From an uncultured bacterium (GTDB lineage: Bacteria; Verrucomicrobiota; Verrucomicrobiia; Limisphaerales; UBA8199): DNA of 64,000 nt. A program made the position numbers and the translations under genes. The first letter of the stretch is position 1. Each line of letters begins with the position of its first letter. The stretch spans positions 224,001-288,000 of the forward strand of contig CAVVMW010000023.1 of NCBI GenBank assembly GCA_963749495.1, given 5' to 3'. This document shows, in pieces, positions 53,499 to 63,465 of the stretch. The notes below the pieces were generated by a model. The model saw only the letters and a program-made list of their open reading frames with translations. It was not told the origin of the DNA and did not search any database.

Positions 53499-53702
53499 CA
53501 CCGCGGAGCGGTGCCTGATGGTAGCCGTGGACTTCCAGTCCACGGACCCATGGCTCCGCCCACCCGCGTCGCGTAGCGACGGCTGAAAACATCTGCCAGC
53601 GCCACGATGTCAGGCGTCGCTACGCGACGCGAGACCATTTCCACGCCCCAGACCGTGGACCGAGGTCCACGGCTACCTTCACCGCGTCGCGCCGCGACGC
53701 GG
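53499..53702. repeat. Palindromic REP-like element
   Basis: ggtagccgtggacttccagtccacgg / ccgtggaccgaggtccacggctacc and gcgtcgcgtagcgacg / cgtcgctacgcgacgc. Confidence 0.8.
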
Positions 53703-54195
53703 AACTCCCCCCGGACTTTGGTTGCGGGTCACATCCGCCTTGGAGAGTGCCTCGATCTCCTCTTGCGTGAGGTGCCGGAAGGCGCCTTTGGGCAAGTCGC
53801 CCAGCGGCAGCGGGCCGATGGACACGCGAACCAATCGGAGCACCCCGACGCCCAGCGCAGCCAGCAGGCGGCGGAGGTGGCGGTTGCGGCCCTCATCGAG
53901 CACGACCTCCAGCCAACTGGTCCGACCGCCCCGGCGCAGGATGCGGGCCCGCTTTGCCGAAAGCCACTCGCCTTGGACCGCCACTCCCGCCTCCATCGAG
54001 CGGGTCAGTGGCTCGTCTGCCACGCGATCCACCTGGACATGATAGAGCTTATCGATGTGGCTGGCCGGGTCGGTCAGGCGCGCCGCCCAATCGGTGTCGT
54101 TGGTGAAGAGCAGCAGACCCTCGCTGGCCTGGTCGAGCCGGCCCACCGGCGCGACAAACGGCAGGCCCCGGCCCGCCAGGGGCGCGGCGAGGCAT
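53679..54195 (-). pseudogene. 5'-truncated RsuA/RluB/RluE-family pseudouridine synthase
   Basis: PVGRLDQASEGLLLFTND, EGRNRHLRRL and RLVRVSIG are present. The S4 domain and NKP motif are missing, and there is an in-frame stop just upstream. Confidence 0.8.
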
Positions 54196-54429
54196 AGCCG
54201 CCGAAAGCTTATTGGTCAGAGCCAGAGCCACGGGTCATAGGGCACGGTCACCTACACCTCCCGAAAGGCTCAAAAAAGTGCGAAAGTTCACTAACACCCT
54301 CTACAGGAAATGTGGCAAATCTTTTTTTGAGGAATCGCGCCGCTCACAAACCCCTGTAAAATCAGAGGAAATCTATGCCTCAGACGCCTTGTAGCTATAG
54401 TGAGTATTTTTTAGGTCGAATTTGGGTCT

Positions 54430-54456
54430 TAAGCCAGAGGCTTAGTCTGCCGATAT
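54430..54456 (+). promoter_or_regulatory. Sigma-28 (FliA)-type promoter
   Basis: TAAG-N15-GCCGATAT versus the consensus TAAA-N15-GCCGATAA, with exact spacing. A weaker GCCGAAAC lies at 54986-54993. Confidence 0.6.
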
Positions 54457-55026
54457 ACGACGGGCGGCAACAGGGCGATGGGATGGGGCCATGCGCTCTA
54501 GCTGAGGCCGTTCAGTGGGGTGAGCGGCAAACGGCCTCGAATCCGATGTATCCGCGCCGACGTTCGGGCCGATACCGAACAAGACAGGCTGCCGATGCGG
54601 CCTGGGTTCGGCGGCGACGGAGAACATTAGGTGAAGTAAAACATTATGGTTGTCGTGGTGGACATCGGGCGCACCAACCAGTGTGACGCTCGAGTACGGA
54701 AATCAGCGGAAGACCTTGTTTCTGAGATATATTAAACAATGCGTGAGGAAGATGGAAACGACCCATTTTCCGCCCTTTATTGAACGCAACGGGCTGGGCA
54801 ATAATTGCCTGGCACGGCGGTCGAAATCTCTCAGCCGTCAACCTTCTTGCGGACCGGGTTGCTGCGCCTCTCACCGGATTGGCAGAAGAAGCGGAGAGGT
54901 TGACCGTTGCGGCGCGGATTTTATTGGGGAAACGAGGGCGGGCATGTTTACTGCTTTGGGGAGGCCAACAAACTGCATGGCGAGAGCCGAAACAGGCAAT
55001 CTGCTTGAAACTGCCGGCCAAACCCC

Positions 55027-55038
55027 GACATGGAGGTC
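55027..55038 (+). promoter_or_regulatory. Possible CsrA-binding hairpin in the flagellin-type leader
   Basis: GAC-ATGGAG-GTC places ANGGA in a hexaloop ~50 nt upstream of the flagellin-like start. Confidence 0.4.
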
Positions 55039-55085
55039 ACAACTCCTGACTCAAGCAAAACAAACCAAACAAAAGCTGAAATCGT

Positions 55086-55280
55086 TTGACCATCAATACA
55101 GACATCATGGCGTTGAATGGCGCCAACGATTTGAATGCCGCTCAGACCCGCCTCAATCAGTCGCTGGAGCGGCTATCCTTATGGGATGGAAGTCAAACCG
55201 CTGAGAACGGGACAGCCACGATCTTCCAAGGTTCCTTAACCACTATACAAGCCCATCGCTTGGATCAAGTCGGCTCGTGA
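55086..55280 (+). pseudogene. fliC: Flagellin N-terminal remnant
   Basis: MTINTDIMALNGANDLNAAQTRLNQSLERLS matches the flagellin N-terminal pattern (INTN..AL.A...L......L..S.ERLSSG). Similarity ends at ~55179. The stop overlaps the GTG of the next gene. Confidence 0.75.
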
Positions 55281-58200
55281 AAACAAACCTTCCGATCGCC
55301 TCTTGGCTGGCGTTGGCGGCGCTGGCAGTTTTCAACCTGCGATCCTCGACCTCCTTCGCCCAGGCCACCACGGCCTTCACCTACCAAGGCCAACTCACCG
55401 ATGGCGGCAGCCCGGCCAACGGCTTTTACGATCTGCGCTTCAGCCTCTGCGATGCCCTCACCAACGGCAACGTGATCGGCGCGGTGACCAACCCCGCCAC
55501 CGTTGTCAACAACGGCCTGTTCAGCGCCACCCTGGACTTCGGCGGCGTCTTCAACGGCTCAAACTACTGGCTGGAAATCGCCGTGCGCACCAACGGCGAC
55601 GCCTCGTTCACCACCTTGAGTCTGCGCCAGCCAATCCTGCCGACGCCTTACGCCATTTTTTCGACCAGCGCCGGAAGCGCAGCCACGGCGACCACCGCAG
55701 GATCAGCCACCAACGCGACCTCCGCCTCAACCGCGACGACGGCCCACAACTTCTCAGGCCCGCTCTCCGGCGATGTCGGCGGAACACAAAGCGCAACGGT
55801 GGTTGCGCGCGTCGGCGGTCTGGCAGCGACGAATGTGGCCGGCGGCGCAAGCGCGGCCAACGCCGCGACCAACGCGAACCTGGCCAATACGATTGTAAAA
55901 CGCGACGCTGTTGGGAACTTTGCCACCGCCGGGATCTTGGCCGAATGGCTTTCTGCAAGCGAATGGGTCTGGGCGAATTATTACGTGGGCAACGGCGGCG
56001 GGTTGACGAATTTGAATCCGGCCAATTTAAGTGCTGGAACGGCGGCGATCAACATTTCCGGCAACGCGGCTACTGCAACCACCGCCGCCAAGGTGACGGG
56101 GGACATCGCCGACTCCCAACTGTCGTCGAACGTTCCTTTGCTGAACGGAACAAACTCGTTTACCGGTGCAAACAACTTTGCCGGAGTTATCATTGCGACC
56201 AACGCCGACAACCTCTTCAATGGAACCTTCACGGGCAATTTCGCGGGCAATGCCACGACAGCGTCCAGCGCCACCACCTCCGGCTACGTCACTAACGCGA
56301 CTCTGACCAACAACATCAGCGGCAACGTGGCCACCGCGACCCGAGCAACCACGGCCAGTTATGCGTCAACCTCGGCAAATCCGACAAACTCAACCCTGAC
56401 AAATGCTGTGTCGGGGCCAATCACCGGCAGCATAGCGAGCGCGACCGGGCTGACCAGCAGCCAGGTGAGGACCGCCCTGGGATACACTCCGCCTACGAAC
56501 ACCTATGCGGGCATTTCCAATGCCGTCCAATTCCTGATTGCGACCAACGGTGGAGCCTTGACTCTGGGCCAGGTGACTACAGCGGTTGGCACGACCACCT
56601 TCGACGCTTACGGTGCGGCAACCACTGCCGCTCAGAACTCGACCAATGGCCTTCCCAACACCGTTTTCGCCCCGGTCGGCACGTTTGCGACCAACACCTA
56701 CGCCGGCATCTCCAATGCCGTGCAGTTCCTGATTGCGACCAACGGCGGAGCCTTGACTCTGGGCCAGGTGACTACAGCGGTTGGGGCGACCACCTTTGAC
56801 GCCTATGGCGCCGCTCAGAACTCGACCAACGGCCTTCCCAACACCGTTTTCGCCCCGGTCGGCACGTTTGCAACCAACACCTACGAGGGCATCTCCAACG
56901 CGGTCCAGTTCCTGATTGCCACCAACGGCGGAGCCTTGACTTTGGGCCAGGTGACTACAGCGGTTGGCACGACCACCTTTGACGCTTACGGAGCAGCCAG
57001 CACTGCGGCTCAGAACTCGACCAACGGCCTTCCCGACACCGCTTTCGCCCCGGCCGGCACGTTTGCAACCAACACCTACGCCGGCATCTCCAACGCCGTC
57101 CAATTCCTGATTGCAACCAACGGCGGAGCCTTGAGCAGTGGCCAGGTGACGACGGCCCTGGGCTACACGCCGCCGACCAACACCTACGCCGGAATCTCCA
57201 ACGCCGTGCAATTCCTGATTGCGACCAACGGCGGAGCCTTGACTTTGGGCCAGGTGACTACAGCGGTTGGCACGACCACCTTTGACGCTTACGGCGCCGC
57301 TCAGAACTCGACCAATGGCCTTCCCAACACCGCTTTCGCCCCGGCCGGCACATTTGCAACCAACACCTACGACGGCATCTCCAACGCCGTCCAATTCCTG
57401 ATTGCGACCAACGGCGGAGCCTTGAGCAGCGGCCAGGTGACAAGCGCGCTGGGTTACACCCCGCCCACGAATACCTACGCCGGTATCTCCAACGCGGTCC
57501 AATTCCTGATTGCGACCAACGGCGGAGCCTTGACTTTGGGCCAGGTGATTACAGCGGTCGGCACGACCACCTTTGACGCGCACGGCGCTGCTCAGAACTC
57601 GACCAATGGCCTTCCCAACACCGCTTTCGCCCCGGCCGGCACCTTTGCGACCAACACCTACGAGGGCATCTCGAACGCCGTCCAATTCCTGATTGCAACC
57701 AACGGCGGAGCCTTGAGCAGTGGCCAGGTGACAACGGCCCTGGGCTACACGCCGCCGACCAACACCTACGCCGGCATCTCCAACGCGGTCCAATTCCTGA
57801 TTGCGACCAACGGCGGAGCCTTGAGCAGTGGCCAGGTGACAACGGCCCTGGGGTACACGCCGCCGACCAACACCTACGCCGGCATTTCCAATGCCGTCCA
57901 GTTCCTGATTGCAACCAACGGCGGAGCCTTGACTTTGGGCCAGGTGACTACAGCGGTTGGGGCGACCACCTTTGACGCCTATGGCGCCGCTCAGAACTCG
58001 ACCAACGGCCTTCCCAACACCGCTTTCGCCCCGGTCGGCACGTTTACGACCAACACCTACGAGGGCATCTCCAACGCGGTCCAGTTCCTGATTGCGACAA
58101 ACGGCGGAGCCTTGAGCATCGGCCAGGTGACGACGGCCCTGGGCTACACGCCGCCGACCAACACCTACGCCGGCATTTCCAATGCGGTCCAGTTCCTGAT

Positions 58201-61200
58201 TGCCACCAACGGCGGAGCATTGACTTTGGGCCAGGTGATTACAGCGGTTGGCACGACCACCTTTGACGATTACGGCGCCGCTCAGAACTCGACCAATGGC
58301 CTTCCCAACACCGCTTTCGCCCCGGCCGGCACGTTTGCGACCAACACCTACGCCGGCATCTCCAACGCCGTCCAATTCCTGATTGCGACCAACGGTGGAG
58401 CCTTGAGCAGCGGCCAGGTGACGACGGCCCTGGGCTACACGCCGCCGACCAACACCTACGCCGGAATCTCAAACGCCGTGCAGTTCCTCATTGCAACCAA
58501 CGGCGGAGCCTTGACTCCGGGCCAGGTGACTACAGCGGTTGGCACGACCACCTTTGACGCCTACGACGCCGCTCAAAACTCGACCAATGGCCTTCCCAAC
58601 ACCGCTTTCGCCCCGGCGGGCACCTTTGCAACCAACACCTACGACGGCATCTCCAACGCGGTCCAATTCCTGATTGCGACCAACGGCGGAGCTTTGAGCA
58701 GCGGCCAGGTGACGACGGCCCTGGGCTACACGCCGCCGACCAACACCTACGAGGGCATCTCCAACGCCGTCCAATTCCTGATTGCAACCAACGGCGGAGC
58801 CTTGACTCTGGGCCAGGTCACCACAGCGGTTGGCACGACCACCTTTGACGCCTACGGCGCCGCTCAGAACTCGACCAACGGCCTTCCCAACACCGCCTTC
58901 GCCCCGGCCGGCACATTTGCAACCAACACCTACGCCGGCATCTCCAACGCCGTCCAATTCCTGATTGCAACCAACGGCGGAGCTTTGAGCAGCGGCCAGG
59001 TGACGACGGCCCTGGGCTACACGCCGCCGACCAACACCTACGCCGGCATCTCCAACGCCGTCCAGTTCCTGATTGCAACCAACGGCGGAGCCTTGACTTT
59101 GGGCCAGGTGACTACAGCGGTTGGCACGACCACCTTTGACGCTTACGGAGCAGCCAGCACTGCGGCTCAGAACTCGACCAACGGCCTTCCCGACACCGCT
59201 TTCGCCCCGGCCGGCACGTTTGCAACCAACACCTACGCCGGCATCTCCAACGCGGTCCAATTCCTGATTGCAACCAACGGCGGAGCCTTGAGCAGTGGCC
59301 AGGTGACAACGGCCCTGGGGTACACGCCGCCGACCAACACCTACGCCGGTATCTCCAACGCGGTCCAATTCCTGATTGCGACCAACGGCGGAGCCTTGAC
59401 TCTGGGCCAGGTGACTGCAGCGGTTGGCACGACCACCTTTGACGCTTACGGCGCCGCTCAGAACTCGACCAATGGCCTTCCCAACACCGCTTTCGCCCCG
59501 GCCGGCACATTTGCAACCAACACCTACGAGGGCATCTCGAATGCCGTCCAATTCCTGATTGCGACCAACGGCGGAGCTTTGAGCAGCGGCCAGGTGACGA
59601 CGGCCCTGGGCTACACGCCGCCGACCAACACCTACGCCGGAATCTCAAACGCCGTCCAATTCCTGATTGCAACCAACGGCGGAGCCTTGACTTTGGGCCA
59701 GGTGATTACAGCGGTTGGCACGACCACCTTTGACGCCTACGACGCCGCTCAGAACTCGACCAATGGCCTTCCCAACACCGCTTTCGCCCCGGCGGGCACC
59801 TTTGCAACCAACACCTACGACGGCATCTCCAACGCGGTCCAATTCCTGATTGCGACCAACGGCGGAGCCTTGAGCAGCGGCCAGGTGACGACGGCCCTGG
59901 GCTACACGCCGCCGACCAACACCTACGCCGGCATCTCCAATGCCGTGCAGTTCCTCATTGCAACCAACGGCGGAGCCTTGACTCTGGGCCAGGTGACTAC
60001 AGCGGTTGGCACGACCACCTTTGACGCTTACGGCGCTGCTCAGAACTCGACCAATGGCCTTCCCAACACCGCTTTCGCCCCGGCGGGCACCTTTGCAACC
60101 AACGCCTACGCCGGCATCTCCAACGCGGTCCAATTCCTGATTGCAACCAACGGCGGAGCCTTGAGCAGTGGCCAGGTGACAACGGCCCTGGGGTACACGC
60201 CGCCGACCAACACCTACGCCGGCATTTCCAATGCCGTCCAGTTCCTGATTGCGACCAACGGCGGAGCCTTGACTTTGGGCCAGGTGACTACAGCGGTTGG
60301 GGCGACCACCTTTGACGCCTATGGCGCCGCTCAGAACTCGACCAACGGCCTTCCCAACACCGCTTTCGCCCCCGCGGGCACGTTTGCGACCAACACCTAC
60401 GCCGGCATTTCCAATGCCGTCCAGTTCCTGATTGCCACCAACGGCGGAGCCTTGACTCTGGGCCAGGTGACTGCAGCGGTTGGCACGACCACCTTTGACG
60501 CTTACGGCGCCGCTCAGAACTCGACCAACGGCCTTCCCAACACCGCTTTCGCCCCGGCCGGCACGTTTGCAACCAACACCTACGCCGGCATCTCCAACGC
60601 CGTCCAATTCCTGATTGCGACCAACGGCGGAGCTTTGAGCAGCGGCCAGGTGACGACGGCCCTGGGCTACACGCCGCCGACCAACACCTACGCCGGCATC
60701 TCCAACGCCGTCCAGTTCCTCATTGCCACCAACGGCGGAGCCTTGACTTTGGGCCAGGTGACTACAGCGGTTGGCACGACCACCTTTGACGCTTACGGAG
60801 CAGCCAGCACTGCGGCTCAGAACTCGACCAACGGCCTTCCCGACACCGCTTTCGCCCCGGCCGGCACGTTTGCGACCAACACCTACGCCGGCATCTCCAA
60901 CGCCGTCCAATTCCTGATTGCGACCAACGGCGGAGCCTTGAGCAGTGGCCAGGTGACAACGGCCCTGGGGTACACGCCGCCGACCAACACCTACGCCGGC
61001 ATTTCCAATGCCGTCCAGTTCCTGATTGCCACCAACGGCGGAGCCTTGACTCTGGGCCAGGTGACTGCAGCGGTTGGCACGACCACCTTTGACGCTTACG
61101 GCGCCGCTCAGAACTCGACCAACGGCCTTCCCAACACCGCTTTCGCCCCGGCCGGCACGTTTGCGACCAACACCTACGCCGGCATCTCCAACGCCGTCCA

Positions 61201-63376
61201 ATTCCTGATTGCGACCAACGGCGGAGCTTTGAGCAGCGGCCAGGTGACGACGGCCCTGGGCTACACGCCGCCGACCAACACCTACGCCGGCATCTCCAAC
61301 GCCGTCCAGTTCCTCATTGCCACCAACGGCGGAGCCTTGACTCTGGGCCAGGTGACTGCAGCGGTTGGCACGACCACCTTTGACGCTTACGGCGCCGCTC
61401 AGAACTCGACCAATGGCCTTCCCAACACCGCTTTCGCCCCGGCCGGCACATTTGCGACCAACACCTACGAGGGCATCTCGAATGCCGTCCAATTCCTGAT
61501 TGCGACCAACGGCGGAGCTTTGAGCAGCGGCCAGGTGACGACGGCCCTGGGCTACACGCCGCCGACCAACACCTACGCCGGAATCTCAAACGCCGTCCAA
61601 TTCCTGATTGCGACCAACGGCGGAGCCTTGACTTTGGGCCAGGTGATTACAGCGGTTGGCACGACCACCTTTGACGCTTACGGCGCTGCTCAGAACTCGA
61701 CCAATGGCCTTCCCAACACCGCTTTCGCCCCGGCCGGCACGTTTGCGACCAACACCTACGCCGGCATCTCCAACGCCGTCCAATTCCTGATTGCGACCAA
61801 CGGTGGAGCCTTGAGCAGCGGCCAGGTGACGACGGCCCTGGGCTACACGCCGCCGACCAACACCTACGCCGGAATCTCAAACGCCGTGCAGTTCCTCATT
61901 GCGACCAACGGCGGAGCCTTGACTCCGGGCCAGGTGACTACAGCGGTTGGCACGACCACCTTTGACGCTTACGGCGCTGCTCAGAACTCGACCAATGGCC
62001 TTCCCAACACCGCTTTCGCCCCGGCCGGCACGTTTGCGACCAACACCTACGCCGGCATCTCCAACGCCGTCCAATTCCTGATTGCGACCAACGGCGGAGC
62101 CTTGACCAGCGGCCAGGTTACAACGGCCCTGGGCTACACGCCGCCCACGAATACCTACGCCGGCATCTCAAACGCAGTCCAGTTCCTTATGGCGACCAAC
62201 GGCGGGCCAATCACCGGGAGCATAGCAAACGCGACCGGGCTGACGAGCAGCCAAGTGACGACCGCCCTGGGCTATACCCCGCCCACGAATACTTACGCCG
62301 GCATCAGCAATGCAGTAAAGTTCGTCATCGCAACCAACGGTGGCCCGTTGAGCAGCAGCCAGGTGACGAGCGCGCTGGGGTACACCCCGCCCACGAACAC
62401 CTACGCCGGCATCTCAAACGCAGTCCAGTTCCTTATGGCGACCAACGGCGGGCCAATCACCGGGAGCATAGCAAACGCGACCGGGCTGACGAGCAGCCAA
62501 GTGACGACCGCCCTGGGCTATACCCCGCCCACGAATACTTACGCCGGCATCAGCAATGCAGTAAAGTTCGTCATCGCAACCAACGGTGGCCCGTTGAGCA
62601 GCAGCCAGGTGACGAGCGCGCTGGGGTACACCCCGCCCACGAACACCTACGCCGGCATCTCAAACGCAATCCAGTTCCTTATGGCGACCAACGGCGGGCC
62701 AATCACCGGGAGCATAGCAAACGCGACCGGGCTGACGAGCAGCCAGGTGACAACAGCACTCGGCGCAACGGCAGTGCAGAACGCGACATCTGCGGTGAAC
62801 TCGACCAATTTTTGGGGCACGATTTCCTCGACCAATTTTACGGCTGCTGTCGAAAGCTCGATATTGGACTTGCTCGGAAGCACCCGTGGGAGTATTATCG
62901 AACGCGGTGCTTCCAGTTGGGCTCTCATAACTCCGGGCACAGCCGGCTATATTCTAACGTCGCAAGGTCCTGGTGCAGACCCGACTTACGCAGTGAACGT
63001 GGGAAGCAGCGGTTCTGGCTTTGTTACACAAAATCCACTTACCAATAGCGTGTATGGAACGAACGTCACCTCTGTTGGAACAAGCACAAACCTTGGAACC
63101 GCATACTTCGCTGCGGGGATAAGCTCAAGTAAAGGAACAAACGCACCCGTAAGCATCACGGTCCCAGCATCAGGAACCGCCTGGGTCAATACCACTGGAT
63201 ATTCCATATTTGTCGTGATTTACGGCACACCCTCAGCTATTTCCTACAATGGAACCTCAATCGCCAGTGGCCTTCACACAACATTTAACGCTCTATATAC
63301 ATTTCCAATGAGTCCGAACGCTTCTATAACGCTGACGTACACCACGACTCCGACTATGTATTGTATTTATCAATGA
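55277..63376 (+). CDS. 2699-aa secreted fibre/adhesin-like repeat protein with an N-terminal FTYQG domain
   Basis: Signal peptide; AFTYQGQLTDGGSPANGFYDLRFSL...WLEIAVR...RQPILPTPYA; GNGGGLTNL; about 43 repeats; phage-fibre-like C-terminus. Uninterrupted 8.1-kb ORF. Confidence 0.92.
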   Translation: MKTNLPIASWLALAALAVFNLRSSTSFAQATTAFTYQGQLTDGGSPANGFYDLRFSLCDALTNGNVIGAVTNPATVVNNGLFSATLDFGGVFNGSNYWLEIAVRTNGDASFTTLSLRQPILPTPYAIFSTSAGSAATATTAGSATNATSASTATTAHNFSGPLSGDVGGTQSATVVARVGGLAATNVAGGASAANAATNANLANTIVKRDAVGNFATAGILAEWLSASEWVWANYYVGNGGGLTNLNPANLSAGTAAINISGNAATATTAAKVTGDIADSQLSSNVPLLNGTNSFTGANNFAGVIIATNADNLFNGTFTGNFAGNATTASSATTSGYVTNATLTNNISGNVATATRATTASYASTSANPTNSTLTNAVSGPITGSIASATGLTSSQVRTALGYTPPTNTYAGISNAVQFLIATNGGALTLGQVTTAVGTTTFDAYGAATTAAQNSTNGLPNTVFAPVGTFATNTYAGISNAVQFLIATNGGALTLGQVTTAVGATTFDAYGAAQNSTNGLPNTVFAPVGTFATNTYEGISNAVQFLIATNGGALTLGQVTTAVGTTTFDAYGAASTAAQNSTNGLPDTAFAPAGTFATNTYAGISNAVQFLIATNGGALSSGQVTTALGYTPPTNTYAGISNAVQFLIATNGGALTLGQVTTAVGTTTFDAYGAAQNSTNGLPNTAFAPAGTFATNTYDGISNAVQFLIATNGGALSSGQVTSALGYTPPTNTYAGISNAVQFLIATNGGALTLGQVITAVGTTTFDAHGAAQNSTNGLPNTAFAPAGTFATNTYEGISNAVQFLIATNGGALSSGQVTTALGYTPPTNTYAGISNAVQFLIATNGGALSSGQVTTALGYTPPTNTYAGISNAVQFLIATNGGALTLGQVTTAVGATTFDAYGAAQNSTNGLPNTAFAPVGTFTTNTYEGISNAVQFLIATNGGALSIGQVTTALGYTPPTNTYAGISNAVQFLIATNGGALTLGQVITAVGTTTFDDYGAAQNSTNGLPNTAFAPAGTFATNTYAGISNAVQFLIATNGGALSSGQVTTALGYTPPTNTYAGISNAVQFLIATNGGALTPGQVTTAVGTTTFDAYDAAQNSTNGLPNTAFAPAGTFATNTYDGISNAVQFLIATNGGALSSGQVTTALGYTPPTNTYEGISNAVQFLIATNGGALTLGQVTTAVGTTTFDAYGAAQNSTNGLPNTAFAPAGTFATNTYAGISNAVQFLIATNGGALSSGQVTTALGYTPPTNTYAGISNAVQFLIATNGGALTLGQVTTAVGTTTFDAYGAASTAAQNSTNGLPDTAFAPAGTFATNTYAGISNAVQFLIATNGGALSSGQVTTALGYTPPTNTYAGISNAVQFLIATNGGALTLGQVTAAVGTTTFDAYGAAQNSTNGLPNTAFAPAGTFATNTYEGISNAVQFLIATNGGALSSGQVTTALGYTPPTNTYAGISNAVQFLIATNGGALTLGQVITAVGTTTFDAYDAAQNSTNGLPNTAFAPAGTFATNTYDGISNAVQFLIATNGGALSSGQVTTALGYTPPTNTYAGISNAVQFLIATNGGALTLGQVTTAVGTTTFDAYGAAQNSTNGLPNTAFAPAGTFATNAYAGISNAVQFLIATNGGALSSGQVTTALGYTPPTNTYAGISNAVQFLIATNGGALTLGQVTTAVGATTFDAYGAAQNSTNGLPNTAFAPAGTFATNTYAGISNAVQFLIATNGGALTLGQVTAAVGTTTFDAYGAAQNSTNGLPNTAFAPAGTFATNTYAGISNAVQFLIATNGGALSSGQVTTALGYTPPTNTYAGISNAVQFLIATNGGALTLGQVTTAVGTTTFDAYGAASTAAQNSTNGLPDTAFAPAGTFATNTYAGISNAVQFLIATNGGALSSGQVTTALGYTPPTNTYAGISNAVQFLIATNGGALTLGQVTAAVGTTTFDAYGAAQNSTNGLPNTAFAPAGTFATNTYAGISNAVQFLIATNGGALSSGQVTTALGYTPPTNTYAGISNAVQFLIATNGGALTLGQVTAAVGTTTFDAYGAAQNSTNGLPNTAFAPAGTFATNTYEGISNAVQFLIATNGGALSSGQVTTALGYTPPTNTYAGISNAVQFLIATNGGALTLGQVITAVGTTTFDAYGAAQNSTNGLPNTAFAPAGTFATNTYAGISNAVQFLIATNGGALSSGQVTTALGYTPPTNTYAGISNAVQFLIATNGGALTPGQVTTAVGTTTFDAYGAAQNSTNGLPNTAFAPAGTFATNTYAGISNAVQFLIATNGGALTSGQVTTALGYTPPTNTYAGISNAVQFLMATNGGPITGSIANATGLTSSQVTTALGYTPPTNTYAGISNAVKFVIATNGGPLSSSQVTSALGYTPPTNTYAGISNAVQFLMATNGGPITGSIANATGLTSSQVTTALGYTPPTNTYAGISNAVKFVIATNGGPLSSSQVTSALGYTPPTNTYAGISNAIQFLMATNGGPITGSIANATGLTSSQVTTALGATAVQNATSAVNSTNFWGTISSTNFTAAVESSILDLLGSTRGSIIERGASSWALITPGTAGYILTSQGPGADPTYAVNVGSSGSGFVTQNPLTNSVYGTNVTSVGTSTNLGTAYFAAGISSSKGTNAPVSITVPASGTAWVNTTGYSIFVVIYGTPSAISYNGTSIASGLHTTFNALYTFPMSPNASITLTYTTTPTMYCIYQ
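56410..62765 (+). repeat. Modular coding tandem array: 66-bp core with alternating linkers (108-bp and 183/195-bp units; 291-bp higher-order period)
   Basis: Core TNTY[AED]GISNAVQFLIATNGGAL occurs ~43 times by manual count. It is followed by SSGQVTTALGYTPP or TLGQVTTAVGTTTFDAYGAAQNSTNGLPNTAFAPAGTFA. Variation is mostly synonymous. Confidence 0.95.
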
Positions 63377-63465
63377 AGACTCTATTCATTCTTCTTTTGT
63401 CTGCGGCTTGCTGGCTGGAAACACTGGAGCAGGGCCTCCAAGCAGGAAACGGAGGCGAGAAATGA
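63373..63465 (+). pseudogene. 30-codon chimeric scar ORF
   Basis: MKTLFILLLSAACWLETLEQGLQAGNGGEK*, with ATGA overlaps at both ends. An AT-rich signal-peptide-like start is fused to a coiled-coil-terminus-like tail. Confidence 0.55.

Noticed and set aside
306..53576. Numerous long opposite-strand or alternate-frame ORFs (e.g. 306-2075, 29842-31698, 45256-47091, 52575-53576)
   Set aside because: Expected shadows in high-GC DNA; each overlaps a gene with recognisable motifs.
54520..54620. GGCAAAC motif suggesting a c-di-GMP-I riboswitch
   Set aside because: The downstream GAAA tetraloop stem and GACGCAAAG elements are absent.
54645..54740. Short ORF MVVVVDIGRTNQ resembling a ROK/glucokinase start
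   Set aside because: Similarity is limited to ~10 residues; insufficient to call.
56390..62074. Long antisense ORFs (661, 615 and 360 aa) over the repeat array
   Set aside because: Shadow frames of the repetitive plus-strand gene; no independent protein features.
56410..62765. Repeat-spacer-like periodicity suggesting a CRISPR array
   Set aside because: The intervening segments are themselves repeated, unit lengths are multiples of 3, variation is synonymous within one open frame, and there are no cas genes.
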